Counted from the stretch's first letter, positions 8,752 through 15,866 are shown. The stretch is 20,000 nucleotides of DNA from an uncultured virus (IMG/VR IMGVR_UViG_3300025626_000016) (IMGVR_UViG_3300025626_000016); one strand, 5' to 3'. The notes: a model not told the origin generated them from the letters alone. Numbers and translations: made by a program.

Positions 8752-9012
8752 TTAATCCCCTGCCATTATGACAAGTTCTTTTAGTTTTACCAGCTTAGTA
8801 CATTTCTCGTACTCTTCTAATGATTCGAAGTATTTAATCATTAGGTCGATAAATTTAGAACGCTGTTTTATTCCATGAGGAATTTCAACGATACGATCTG
8901 TATCCTTGAATGCGATGAATCTATTTACTGTTTTAGTAAAATTTCTAGTTATCTGGTAGTAACTAGCTCTCATCAAACTATCTTTATCTGAACTTGAAAT
9001 AAAGCCTGCCAT
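8752..9012 (-). CDS. Small protein with C-terminal UVR-like EEYEKC motif (paralogue 1)
   Basis: LMIKYFESLEEYEKCTKLVKLK. Confidence 0.7.
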   Translation of the reverse strand: MAGFISSSDKDSLMRASYYQITRNFTKTVNRFIAFKDTDRIVEIPHGIKQRSKFIDLMIKYFESLEEYEKCTKLVKLKELVIMAGD

Positions 9013-9125
9013 CTTAAATTACCTTTTGTTTTTAGTTACAACTTAGTTGCTCCTTTGTATATATTAATATACGGTTTCCCCTAATATAGAAATCAATTAA
9101 AATATTAGGATAATTTATTAATATA

Positions 9126-9311
9126 TTATTCCGGTTGATTTTTTGATTGCAAGTACTTGGCTTTTTGCATCTTAAGACGTTTCTTTGCTGATGGCTTGGT
9201 GAAATCTTGTTGATCTCTTAAGTGATTTATTTGTTTAGTATTTCTAACCTTTCTTTTATACTGTTTCAGTGCCTTTTCTATATTTCCCTTATCTACTTCT
9301 ATTATTAGCAT
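9126..9311 (-). CDS. rpsU: Ribosomal protein bS21, Bacteroidota-type
   Basis: MLIIEV..GNIEKALKQYKRK...LR....FTKPSAKKR...QKAKY matches the bS21 pattern; the MLII start is typical of Bacteroidota. Confidence 0.92.
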   Translation of the reverse strand: MLIIEVDKGNIEKALKQYKRKVRNTKQINHLRDQQDFTKPSAKKRLKMQKAKYLQSKNQPE

Positions 9312-9568
9312 ATTGTTTTAATCTGTTTTTTAATGTTATAAATACTGGCGCATTTTTCGAATTCTTCTTTTTTTTCAAAGTGCTTTAACATTGCACCTAA
9401 AATAGTGATCTTGCGCTCGTCTTCTAAATCTGAAGCAATGACATACGTTGGATGATGTGTAATGGCCATATATAATGCATTGAAAAACATATCCTCATTG
9501 TTAACTATGAGTCCATCGAATATTCTAAACCATTTTTTACTATCGTCGCTAAACGTATAATCATTCAT
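9305..9568 (-). CDS. Small protein with C-terminal UVR-like EEFEKC motif (paralogue 2)
   Basis: AMLKHFEKKEEFEKCASIYNIKKQI. Confidence 0.7.
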   Translation of the reverse strand: MNDYTFSDDSKKWFRIFDGLIVNNEDMFFNALYMAITHHPTYVIASDLEDERKITILGAMLKHFEKKEEFEKCASIYNIKKQIKTIC

Positions 9569-10367
9569 CTTTTATGCTCTTTACTTTCTTTATATATTCC
9601 AATTGTTCGGAATTAAGTTCAAAATAAGAAGCATTTAATTTACATAAAAGTGCACCTTTTTTTTCGGTGCCATATATGGGATATCCTCGATCTCTGATTC
9701 TAAGAACTTTTCCAGGATAACTATTCTCAGGCACATTAATATAGAGTGGACCTTCAGGTGTATTTACATTTACTTTAGTTCCTAAGAATATATCTTCCCA
9801 CGATAGATTCAAATCTAACCAAATATCATTGTCTTGTAAAATCCAATCACTGTTGTGCATTACATGTATGTGAATAATAAGATCACCGCTTGGTAGTGTA
9901 GAATTATATTGATGAGGTTGTCCCTTTCCCGCGACTCTTAGTTTCATTCCTGTTTTAAGTCCAGCTTTAAAATCAACTTTAATATCTTGACCATTAACTG
10001 CAAACTTTTTAGAAGTTCCAGCATAAGCTTCGTCAAAACTTAAATGTAAATCTAATCTTAAATCTTGACCCTTAGACGATTGTCTAGATCCAAATGCATT
10101 GCCAAATACTTGATCAAAAAGATCTGACATATTAATATTTCCATCACTAAATCCGTTAAAATTTTGAAAGTTAGAGGCTGAGTCATATTTTTGCCTCGAA
10201 GAATCATCACCTATTTTTTCATAAGCGTCTGCAATCTCTTTGAATCTTTCGTCATTGCCATCGTTTTTATCAGGATGATATTCTTTGGCTAATTTCCTAT
10301 ATGCTTTTTTAATGTCATCTTGTGAAGATGTTTTGTCGACACCTAATACACTATAAGGATCCATCAT
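9561..10367 (-). CDS. dnaJ: J-domain co-chaperone, class B (DnaJ/CbpA-like, no zinc finger)
   Basis: DPYSVLGV...IKKAYRKLAKEYHPD J-domain, G/F-rich linker, C-terminal domain (GQDL, LRVAGKG, GDL, LRIRDRG); no CxxCxGxG repeats. Confidence 0.92.
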   Translation of the reverse strand: MMDPYSVLGVDKTSSQDDIKKAYRKLAKEYHPDKNDGNDERFKEIADAYEKIGDDSSRQKYDSASNFQNFNGFSDGNINMSDLFDQVFGNAFGSRQSSKGQDLRLDLHLSFDEAYAGTSKKFAVNGQDIKVDFKAGLKTGMKLRVAGKGQPHQYNSTLPSGDLIIHIHVMHNSDWILQDNDIWLDLNLSWEDIFLGTKVNVNTPEGPLYINVPENSYPGKVLRIRDRGYPIYGTEKKGALLCKLNASYFELNSEQLEYIKKVKSIKDE

Positions 10368-10581
10368 CTGTTTTAAATCTAGGAGAATTAGGATGTGGTG
10401 TGTAATCTGCTTGATCTAAATTAAGTTTCTCTCTTAGATCTGCTTTTAGATTTTTTTCTTGAAGTTTGCCAATAACAGCATTTCTTTTTTCAGATGTTTC
10501 CGAATTTTTATTAGATTTTTCTAACGCGTCTGCTATTCTTTTTAATTGAAATGCTATTTCTTTTGCTATTTTATCTTCCAT
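10351..10581 (-). CDS. Hypothetical coiled-coil protein
   Basis: 76 aa; IAFQLKRIADALEK amphipathic helix. Confidence 0.65.
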   Translation of the reverse strand: MEDKIAKEIAFQLKRIADALEKSNKNSETSEKRNAVIGKLQEKNLKADLREKLNLDQADYTPHPNSPRFKTDDGSL

Positions 10582-10828
10582 AATTATTATTTACTAAATC
10601 CGATTCTCCATTTTGGAAATCTTGATATGGCAAAGATTTATCTTTCTTTCCCATATGTGGACCGTTTACCATTATAGTGTCTTTATATGGATTTGTTTCA
10701 CCTATCTTTGATCTTAACCAATCATCAAGACTTTTAACACTTCCACCAAAATGTCTTATTTTAATCAAAAGAGGATTTTCGTTTTTAAGATCTACTCTAT
10801 CCTCTTCAAATAATTTTATATACTTCAT
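10571..10828 (-). CDS. Small protein with capsid-targeting-like leader
   Basis: N-terminus MKYIKLFEE is identical to the first 9 aa of the ORF starting at 383; GATATATA upstream. Confidence 0.7.
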   Translation of the reverse strand: MKYIKLFEEDRVDLKNENPLLIKIRHFGGSVKSLDDWLRSKIGETNPYKDTIMVNGPHMGKKDKSLPYQDFQNGESDLVNNNYGR

Positions 10829-10831
10829 ACT

Positions 10832-11143
10832 TTATATATCTCGCTTTGGAGACATAATAGAATCTATAGTATTTAGCTGCTTCATAATCTTAGCACACTT
10901 TTCGTATTCTTCGTTTTCTTCAAAATAATCGAGCATCATTTTAAAAGTTCCGTTTAATGAAATTAATTCTGTAGAATCCATGTGCCTAAGATGCCAATCA
11001 TTAATACCGTTCTTTTCTATTTGTGCGTAATTAGTTTCAACAGCTAATCGAATCATACGATCTTTGTATTCTTCAAGTTTCATTTCAAAATCGCGATTGC
11101 TATTTTCCATAAATTCATCAAAATTAAAATCGTCTTCTTTCAT
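10832..11143 (-). CDS. Small protein with C-terminal UVR-like EEYEKC motif (paralogue 3)
   Basis: MMLDYFEENEEYEKCAKIMKQL. Confidence 0.7.
   Translation of the reverse strand: MKEDDFNFDEFMENSNRDFEMKLEEYKDRMIRLAVETNYAQIEKNGINDWHLRHMDSTELISLNGTFKMMLDYFEENEEYEKCAKIMKQLNTIDSIMSPKRDI
10833..10840 (-). promoter_or_regulatory. Putative late promoter GATATATA
   Basis: Ends 4 nt before ATG 10828; overlaps the end of the upstream gene. Confidence 0.45.
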
Positions 11144-11153
11144 ATATTATATA

Positions 11154-11348
11154 TTAAAATAAAAAATTTTGTACAGCTTCATAAACAAAATCAGAATCTT
11201 CGTTTAATAAATCTAATTGTTCGTCTGTCATTTCTTTACCATCATATTCTGCGTATGCAATAAAAGCATCACAAAAATCTGGGTAATCCGATGTGTCTAT
11301 ACCATCTACTTCTACGTCGCTAATCTTAGCGTAATCTAAATTTGTCAT
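11154..11348 (-). CDS. Small highly acidic protein (DYPDFCDA motif)
   Basis: 64 aa with 18 D/E, 2 K and no R; first gene after promoter copy 4. Confidence 0.8.
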   Translation of the reverse strand: MTNLDYAKISDVEVDGIDTSDYPDFCDAFIAYAEYDGKEMTDEQLDLLNEDSDFVYEAVQNFLF

Positions 11349-11369
11349 ATCTTATGTGTTTAATTATAC

Positions 11370-11402
11370 TGCTAATATACCACAAATAAATGACATAAAA
11401 AA
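11370..11402 (-). promoter_or_regulatory. Repeated promoter-like element, copy 4
   Basis: TTTTTTATGTCATTTATTTGTGGTATATTAGCA, 21 nt upstream of ATG 11348. Confidence 0.8.
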
Positions 11403-11421
11403 ATCTGGTGGCATTTTTTTT

Positions 11422-11447
11422 AAAAAAAAAGCGGCATAAGCCGCTTT
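11422..11447 (-). terminator. Intrinsic terminator after hsp20
   Basis: AAAGCGGC-TTAT-GCCGCTTT continuing as a T9 tract on the minus strand. Confidence 0.88.
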
Positions 11448-11449
11448 AA

Positions 11450-11809
11450 TTATATTACTTTAATTTTTTTAGGATTTACTTTCTTGTCTAACATGATAGT
11501 TAATATTCCATCAGACATTGTAGCAGTTACACTTTCTACATCTATATTAGATGCTCTAAATTTCTTTTCGAATGATTTTTTATATAGTGTTTCATCCTTT
11601 TCTTTAATATCTGCAGAGATTTTTAAAGTAGATCCTTCCATTTCAATTTCTAAATCTTTTTTAGAAAATCCAGGAAGTGCCATAGTAAATACTCCGTCTT
11701 CGTAATGAAAATCAGTAAGATGATCACTTATTAATTTTCCAGTTTTCCATAGAGGTTCTTGTATTCCTCTAAAAATGTTGTCAATGTGGTCGTTTGTTGT
11801 GTAAAACAT
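11450..11809 (-). CDS. Small heat-shock protein (Hsp20/alpha-crystallin)
   Basis: ALPGFSKKDLEIEMEGSTLKIS, SFEKKF, IDVESVTATMSDGILTI. Confidence 0.92.
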   Translation of the reverse strand: MFYTTNDHIDNIFRGIQEPLWKTGKLISDHLTDFHYEDGVFTMALPGFSKKDLEIEMEGSTLKISADIKEKDETLYKKSFEKKFRASNIDVESVTATMSDGILTIMLDKKVNPKKIKVI

Positions 11810-11858
11810 AGTTTGATTTTTTTATAATTATTTGAGCAACGTGCTCGTATAGTATACT

Positions 11859-11929
11859 GAAAATATTATACCAAACTGAGTATTAAGACTTAGTGACATA
11901 TATTTTATGAACTAAGTGACATATTGTCA
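11859..11929 (-). promoter_or_regulatory. Putative hsp20 promoter: sigma54-like -24/-12 plus upstream TGACA-N3-TGTCA sites
   Basis: TGGTATAATATTTTC (11859-11873) versus consensus TGGCACRNNNNTTGC; perfect inverted repeat TGACA-TAT-TGTCA (11917-11929); 13/14 direct repeat ACT[T/A]AGTGACATAT at 11888 and 11911. Confidence 0.5.
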
Positions 11930-11931
11930 TT

Positions 11932-12675
11932 TTAAAAGGGAACACCTTCTATAATTGGCATACCGCTCATTTTTAACATAATGTTAGCAGTCGCTTGAAT
12001 ATCCTTTTCACAATATGTTTTTATTTCTTCTAACCTATCATTCCAATAATATTCGTTTACTTCTGGTCCTGACATTGCGTCTTTAGGAGATGGAATACCT
12101 AGCAGTTCTGAAATTAAACCTAATTTAGCAGAGTTCCATCCACCAAATTTCCAAACATCTTGTGTGTCTAGTAAACAGTTTTCCCATGGTTTTTGTTTAT
12201 GTAAATGAAATGCAGATGGAACTTGTACCTCATTAATCAATGATCTCTTAATAATATAAGGTAAATCAAATCCTTTAATATTATGGCCAACCCATTTCAT
12301 TTTAGGATATTTCTGCATAATTTTGGCAGCAGTTTGTGAAAAGTCTTTAAGAACCTGAGCCTCATCTGTTCCACTAAATGACATTGCTTTAAAGTCATTA
12401 GGAAATCCAGTCTCATCAAACTTTAATTGTCCTACAGAAATACAGACTATTTTACCCCATTCTGGATAAAGTCCTGCCATACGAGACCACATTTTATGTG
12501 GATCAGCAAAGTCTTTAAGAGTTTCTGGCTGACTTTCAATAAGTTGCGTAGATTTTATATTCCAATACTCTTCGAGAGCAGGGTTCTCATCTATGATCTC
12601 CTGGAATGTTTCTTTTTGTGTACTAGTTTCGATGTCAATGAAGATCATCTGTTGAAGTTCGCTTAGTGTATACAT
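11932..12675 (-). CDS. 3'-5' exonuclease, DEDDy (PolB-like stand-alone family)
   Basis: FIDIET (ExoI), GHNIKGFDLPYI (ExoII), YCEKD (ExoIII), KPWE..LLDT..VWKFG. Confidence 0.9.
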   Translation of the reverse strand: MYTLSELQQMIFIDIETSTQKETFQEIIDENPALEEYWNIKSTQLIESQPETLKDFADPHKMWSRMAGLYPEWGKIVCISVGQLKFDETGFPNDFKAMSFSGTDEAQVLKDFSQTAAKIMQKYPKMKWVGHNIKGFDLPYIIKRSLINEVQVPSAFHLHKQKPWENCLLDTQDVWKFGGWNSAKLGLISELLGIPSPKDAMSGPEVNEYYWNDRLEEIKTYCEKDIQATANIMLKMSGMPIIEGVPF

Positions 12676-12692
12676 ATATTTGTTTTAATCCT

Positions 12693-12720
12693 AAAAAACG
12701 CCTAGATTAATCTAGACGTT
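12693..12720 (-). terminator. Intrinsic terminator-like hairpin
   Basis: AACGTCTAGA-TTAA-TCTAGGCGTT (one G-U pair) running into a T6 tract. Confidence 0.65.
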
Positions 12721-12746
12721 CTTTATACTCTCTTTTTAGGATTTGT

Positions 12747-12857
12747 TTATTTCTTCTTAATAATAAACTTCCAAATAACACCAATAAGTGTGTTAGCTTT
12801 GTACTTCGCTCCTTTGTAATTTAAAAGAAACGCTTTCATGTTTGTTTGTTTTTTCAT
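12747..12857 (-). CDS. 36-aa basic peptide (below ORF-track cutoff)
   Basis: MKKQTNMKAFLLNYKGAKYKANTLIGVIWKFIIKKK*; ATG 1 nt after the upstream stop at 12859; fills the gap. Confidence 0.55.
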   Translation of the reverse strand: MKKQTNMKAFLLNYKGAKYKANTLIGVIWKFIIKKK

Positions 12858-12858
12858 A

Positions 12859-13101
12859 TTATTGTTTTATCCAACCAGGAGCTTCGTCCCAGTTTCTGTT
12901 AGAAGATAAATGAGAATAAGAATCATATGTTAATGAAATCATAACATAACCACCAGTAATTGACGTAGGCACCGATGCTTCGTTTAACCAATAAAATGGT
13001 GCACGATCTATTCTCATATTTAAGAAATCGAATAATTCGTCTATTTGCATGTGATGTATCCACACATTAATAATCATACAGTTCATATTAGGTTCTGCCA
13101 T
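12859..13101 (-). CDS. Hypothetical protein
   Basis: 80-aa ORF; GATAAATA upstream at 13123-13130. Confidence 0.65.
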   Translation of the reverse strand: MAEPNMNCMIINVWIHHMQIDELFDFLNMRIDRAPFYWLNEASVPTSITGGYVMISLTYDSYSHLSSNRNWDEAPGWIKQ

Positions 13102-13146
13102 AATTCTATTTTTAATTCTTTCTATTTATCTTTTTATTTATTCGAT

Positions 13147-14079
13147 TTATCTTCTTTTGAATCTAGATTCATCTGAAGCAATCGTTGTATTAATATCCTC
13201 TTCTATATAAGCGTCAATTATTTTTTTAGTTTTATCTGAAATATCTTCTCCGTAATAGTCTTTATACATTTCTTTATATACATGTCCCATAACACCAAAT
13301 ACTGGTCCAGGTTCTGATGACATTTCAATAACATAAGGATGATCTTTATCATCTATAACAATATCTACTGAATAAAAATCTAAATCATTGTGTTCTTTTG
13401 AAAATTCTTCAACAACACCAACTAAATTTTCTGTTATAGGTGATTTTGATAATTCGTAATTAAATACTAGTTTATCATCCGCTTTTTTAGATAGGTTTTT
13501 TGTTTCTTCGTTTGCAGGCACTCTATATACTAACATCAAAGGTTTTCCTTTCCAACAATAAATTCTAAGTTCATTTACGATATTTATCTTTTCTGAGAAA
13601 ACTGAAAACTGATCTAAATCAACGCCTTCTAAATCTTTTTCTTCTTTAAAAACCATAATACCTTGGCCACTATATCTGTTATCTGGTTTAGCTATAATAG
13701 GATATTTAAGTTCTTTTAAATTTGATTTATCAAAAACTACTTTAGGCGTATGTTTAGATTTTTCATGAGTCTTGCACCATTTTACTTTAGAAGAAACTCT
13801 TTGTTTAGCTTCAATTGAATTATAAATAAATTTAGAATCCCATCCATCATTTATCATTTTCTCAATTTTCCAATTAGCATAATTAAGAACTGGAATTTCA
13901 GAAGGTTCTGCTTTTTTATTTTTATCTAATAATTCAAATACCTTTGAGACATTATATTTAGAATCATACACATATTTATTATCTGGCATTTCTACAGAAA
14001 CCGCGATGCAGATTTTTTTAAGTTGATCAGTTTCATCAGCTTCTAAAAGAAAATCTTTAAACGTGTATATACTTCTCAT
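13147..14079 (-). CDS. ATP-grasp ligase (RimK-like fold) with capsid-targeting-like leader
   Basis: YPIIAKPDNRYSGQGI, SEKI...ELRIY, FYSVDIV....PYVIEMSSEPG; N-terminus MRSIYTFKDFLLE. Confidence 0.75.
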   Translation of the reverse strand: MRSIYTFKDFLLEADETDQLKKICIAVSVEMPDNKYVYDSKYNVSKVFELLDKNKKAEPSEIPVLNYANWKIEKMINDGWDSKFIYNSIEAKQRVSSKVKWCKTHEKSKHTPKVVFDKSNLKELKYPIIAKPDNRYSGQGIMVFKEEKDLEGVDLDQFSVFSEKINIVNELRIYCWKGKPLMLVYRVPANEETKNLSKKADDKLVFNYELSKSPITENLVGVVEEFSKEHNDLDFYSVDIVIDDKDHPYVIEMSSEPGPVFGVMGHVYKEMYKDYYGEDISDKTKKIIDAYIEEDINTTIASDESRFKRR

Positions 14080-14083
14080 CTAA

Positions 14084-14091
14084 TATATATC
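14084..14091 (-). promoter_or_regulatory. Putative late promoter GATATATA
   Basis: Ends 4 nt before ATG 14079. Confidence 0.45.
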
Positions 14092-14519
14092 TACGAAGGA
14101 AATACTTCTATCGTTCTTTCTTCTCTAACTAGGTCTGCCCATTTACCTTCATATCTTGTACCCTTAACAATATGGTTGTCAACCCAATGATAATTACCAC
14201 CTCTTGGTTTTCCCATTAATAGTCCATGATATTTAAAACCATGTTTATTTAGCCAATTTTCTGTAATCTCTCTTACGTCTTCAGTTCTTGAAGTAAAGAA
14301 AGTTACAACATGTCCTTCGTCATACCATCTATTAAGTGTTTCTACAGATCCTTCATATGGTAAAACTATTGACATTCTTTCTGGCTCTTCGTTTGGTACA
14401 TCATCTGTAATTGTACCGTCAATATCAATTAAATAATTCTTAGCACCATTCTTTAAAACGGGTGATACTAAATGCCCATCATCTCCAACGATCTCGTTAA
14501 ATGTAATCTCTTTTTTCAT
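14091..14519 (-). CDS. Capless HAD-superfamily phosphatase
   Basis: YLIDIDGTI, FFTSR, WL.KHGFKYH.LLMGKPRGG, WVDN; resembles a flavobacterial family by recall. Confidence 0.85.
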   Translation of the reverse strand: MKKEITFNEIVGDDGHLVSPVLKNGAKNYLIDIDGTITDDVPNEEPERMSIVLPYEGSVETLNRWYDEGHVVTFFTSRTEDVREITENWLNKHGFKYHGLLMGKPRGGNYHWVDNHIVKGTRYEGKWADLVREERTIEVFPS

Positions 14520-14534
14520 ATTGTTTTTTATTAA

Positions 14535-15866
14535 TTATTTCTTTCTCATAAATGATACATTAATGTATCTTTTCCCACTGTGTATTGGTCTGGCACCATG
14601 TTTATGTGTAATCATTCCTGGGTGAATGGTTGCAGTGCCCACTAATTTTGGATTTGATAATATTTTATATTTTGGAAACCATGTACCGCCTCCATCAAAC
14701 TCATCGTTTAATTTTACTACCATTGTAATATGACTAAAGTCGTGATGTAAACTTAAATGAGATTGTCTATCAGTAGTGTATCTTACCATAAAGTTTTCAG
14801 TATCCATATTGTCCCAACCTGCACCTTCTAATTCCCATAAATGTATACAAAGAGGAGAAACTATTTCTCTTACAACTCTATTATAAATATGATCTAATCC
14901 TATTTCTGGTAATAAGACATCGTTTGTTGGATAAAATTCGTGTCTGTCTTTTGTCCATTTATCCATAACTTCTGCCAAACCTACGGCTTCTTTACAGAAT
15001 TTTTCTGTAAATAATGGAAACTCATAAATATTATTTCCTATATCATCTACCATTAAATCATATTCACCCTTAGATACCGTTTCGTTTACATATTTTGATT
15101 TCCATGAATCCCAATCACTATCATCTAATATTTCGAAATATGGTTGTGTTTTCAATAAATTAATATTCGCATCATATGGTTCTGTCATAGATTGTTCATG
15201 CGGTCTATTTTGTTCTATCCAATTATCAACTGGAGCTATCGCTTTAAGTTTTGGTGGAAACAGTATATTAATATCTTGTCTTCTATGCTCTGTATATGTT
15301 GCTGTTAAGAATTCGTCGGGTGCAATTAGATTTTGTTTAAAGTTATAATCATTGACTAGTATTTTTGCAGTGTCTCTTTTAATTACATACGCGTGTGTAT
15401 TATAACTACTAAGAGCTGTTACCCATTTATTACTTGCATCAATTCTTTTTTCATCCTTAGAACATATAGCATTTCTACCTAAAAATGCAATATCCCATTC
15501 TGTATTTGGAATAACTGGATTTGTAAGCGGAGCTACTGAAACAAAATCATCTTCTAATATTAATGCACAATTGACATTGTTTTCTATTATATTGTTCCAT
15601 ATACTTAAGTGGCTAATTGCACAACCTGCTTCTCCACCAGTAACATCTCTTTTCCACCAATCATTCCATGAATCAGATCCTAAATTCCATAAATCATATA
15701 CACTATGTCCATCTAATAAATTACCTGAAGTTCCATCAAAACCTTGAACTATTTCCCATTCTACAGAATATGGCATACCAAGTTGATCTACCCTGGTGGC
15801 AATGTTTCTCTGAATACTTGGATCTCCGGCATTCAAACTTATAATATAAATTTTATCTATTTTCAT
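14535..15866 (-). CDS. Fusion: GT25 glycosyltransferase + PLOD/lysyl-hydroxylase-like 2OG-Fe(II) dioxygenase (start revised to ATG 15866)
   Basis: N-terminal IYIISL, GEAGCAISHLSIW, LILEDD, THAYVI, PDEFL (GT25/COLGALT-like). C-terminal FPLFTEKFC, PTND, NFMVRY, HHDFS, GGGT.F, HPGMITHKH, GKRYINVSF (HxD...H...R). ATGA overlap with the upstream gene. Confidence 0.88.
   Translation of the reverse strand: MKIDKIYIISLNAGDPSIQRNIATRVDQLGMPYSVEWEIVQGFDGTSGNLLDGHSVYDLWNLGSDSWNDWWKRDVTGGEAGCAISHLSIWNNIIENNVNCALILEDDFVSVAPLTNPVIPNTEWDIAFLGRNAICSKDEKRIDASNKWVTALSSYNTHAYVIKRDTAKILVNDYNFKQNLIAPDEFLTATYTEHRRQDINILFPPKLKAIAPVDNWIEQNRPHEQSMTEPYDANINLLKTQPYFEILDDSDWDSWKSKYVNETVSKGEYDLMVDDIGNNIYEFPLFTEKFCKEAVGLAEVMDKWTKDRHEFYPTNDVLLPEIGLDHIYNRVVREIVSPLCIHLWELEGAGWDNMDTENFMVRYTTDRQSHLSLHHDFSHITMVVKLNDEFDGGGTWFPKYKILSNPKLVGTATIHPGMITHKHGARPIHSGKRYINVSFMRKK

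Noticed and set aside
9080..9109. 8-bp inverted repeat CCTAATAT/ATATTAGG downstream of rpsU
   Set aside because: Short, AT-rich, 14-nt loop and no U tract; plausible by chance.
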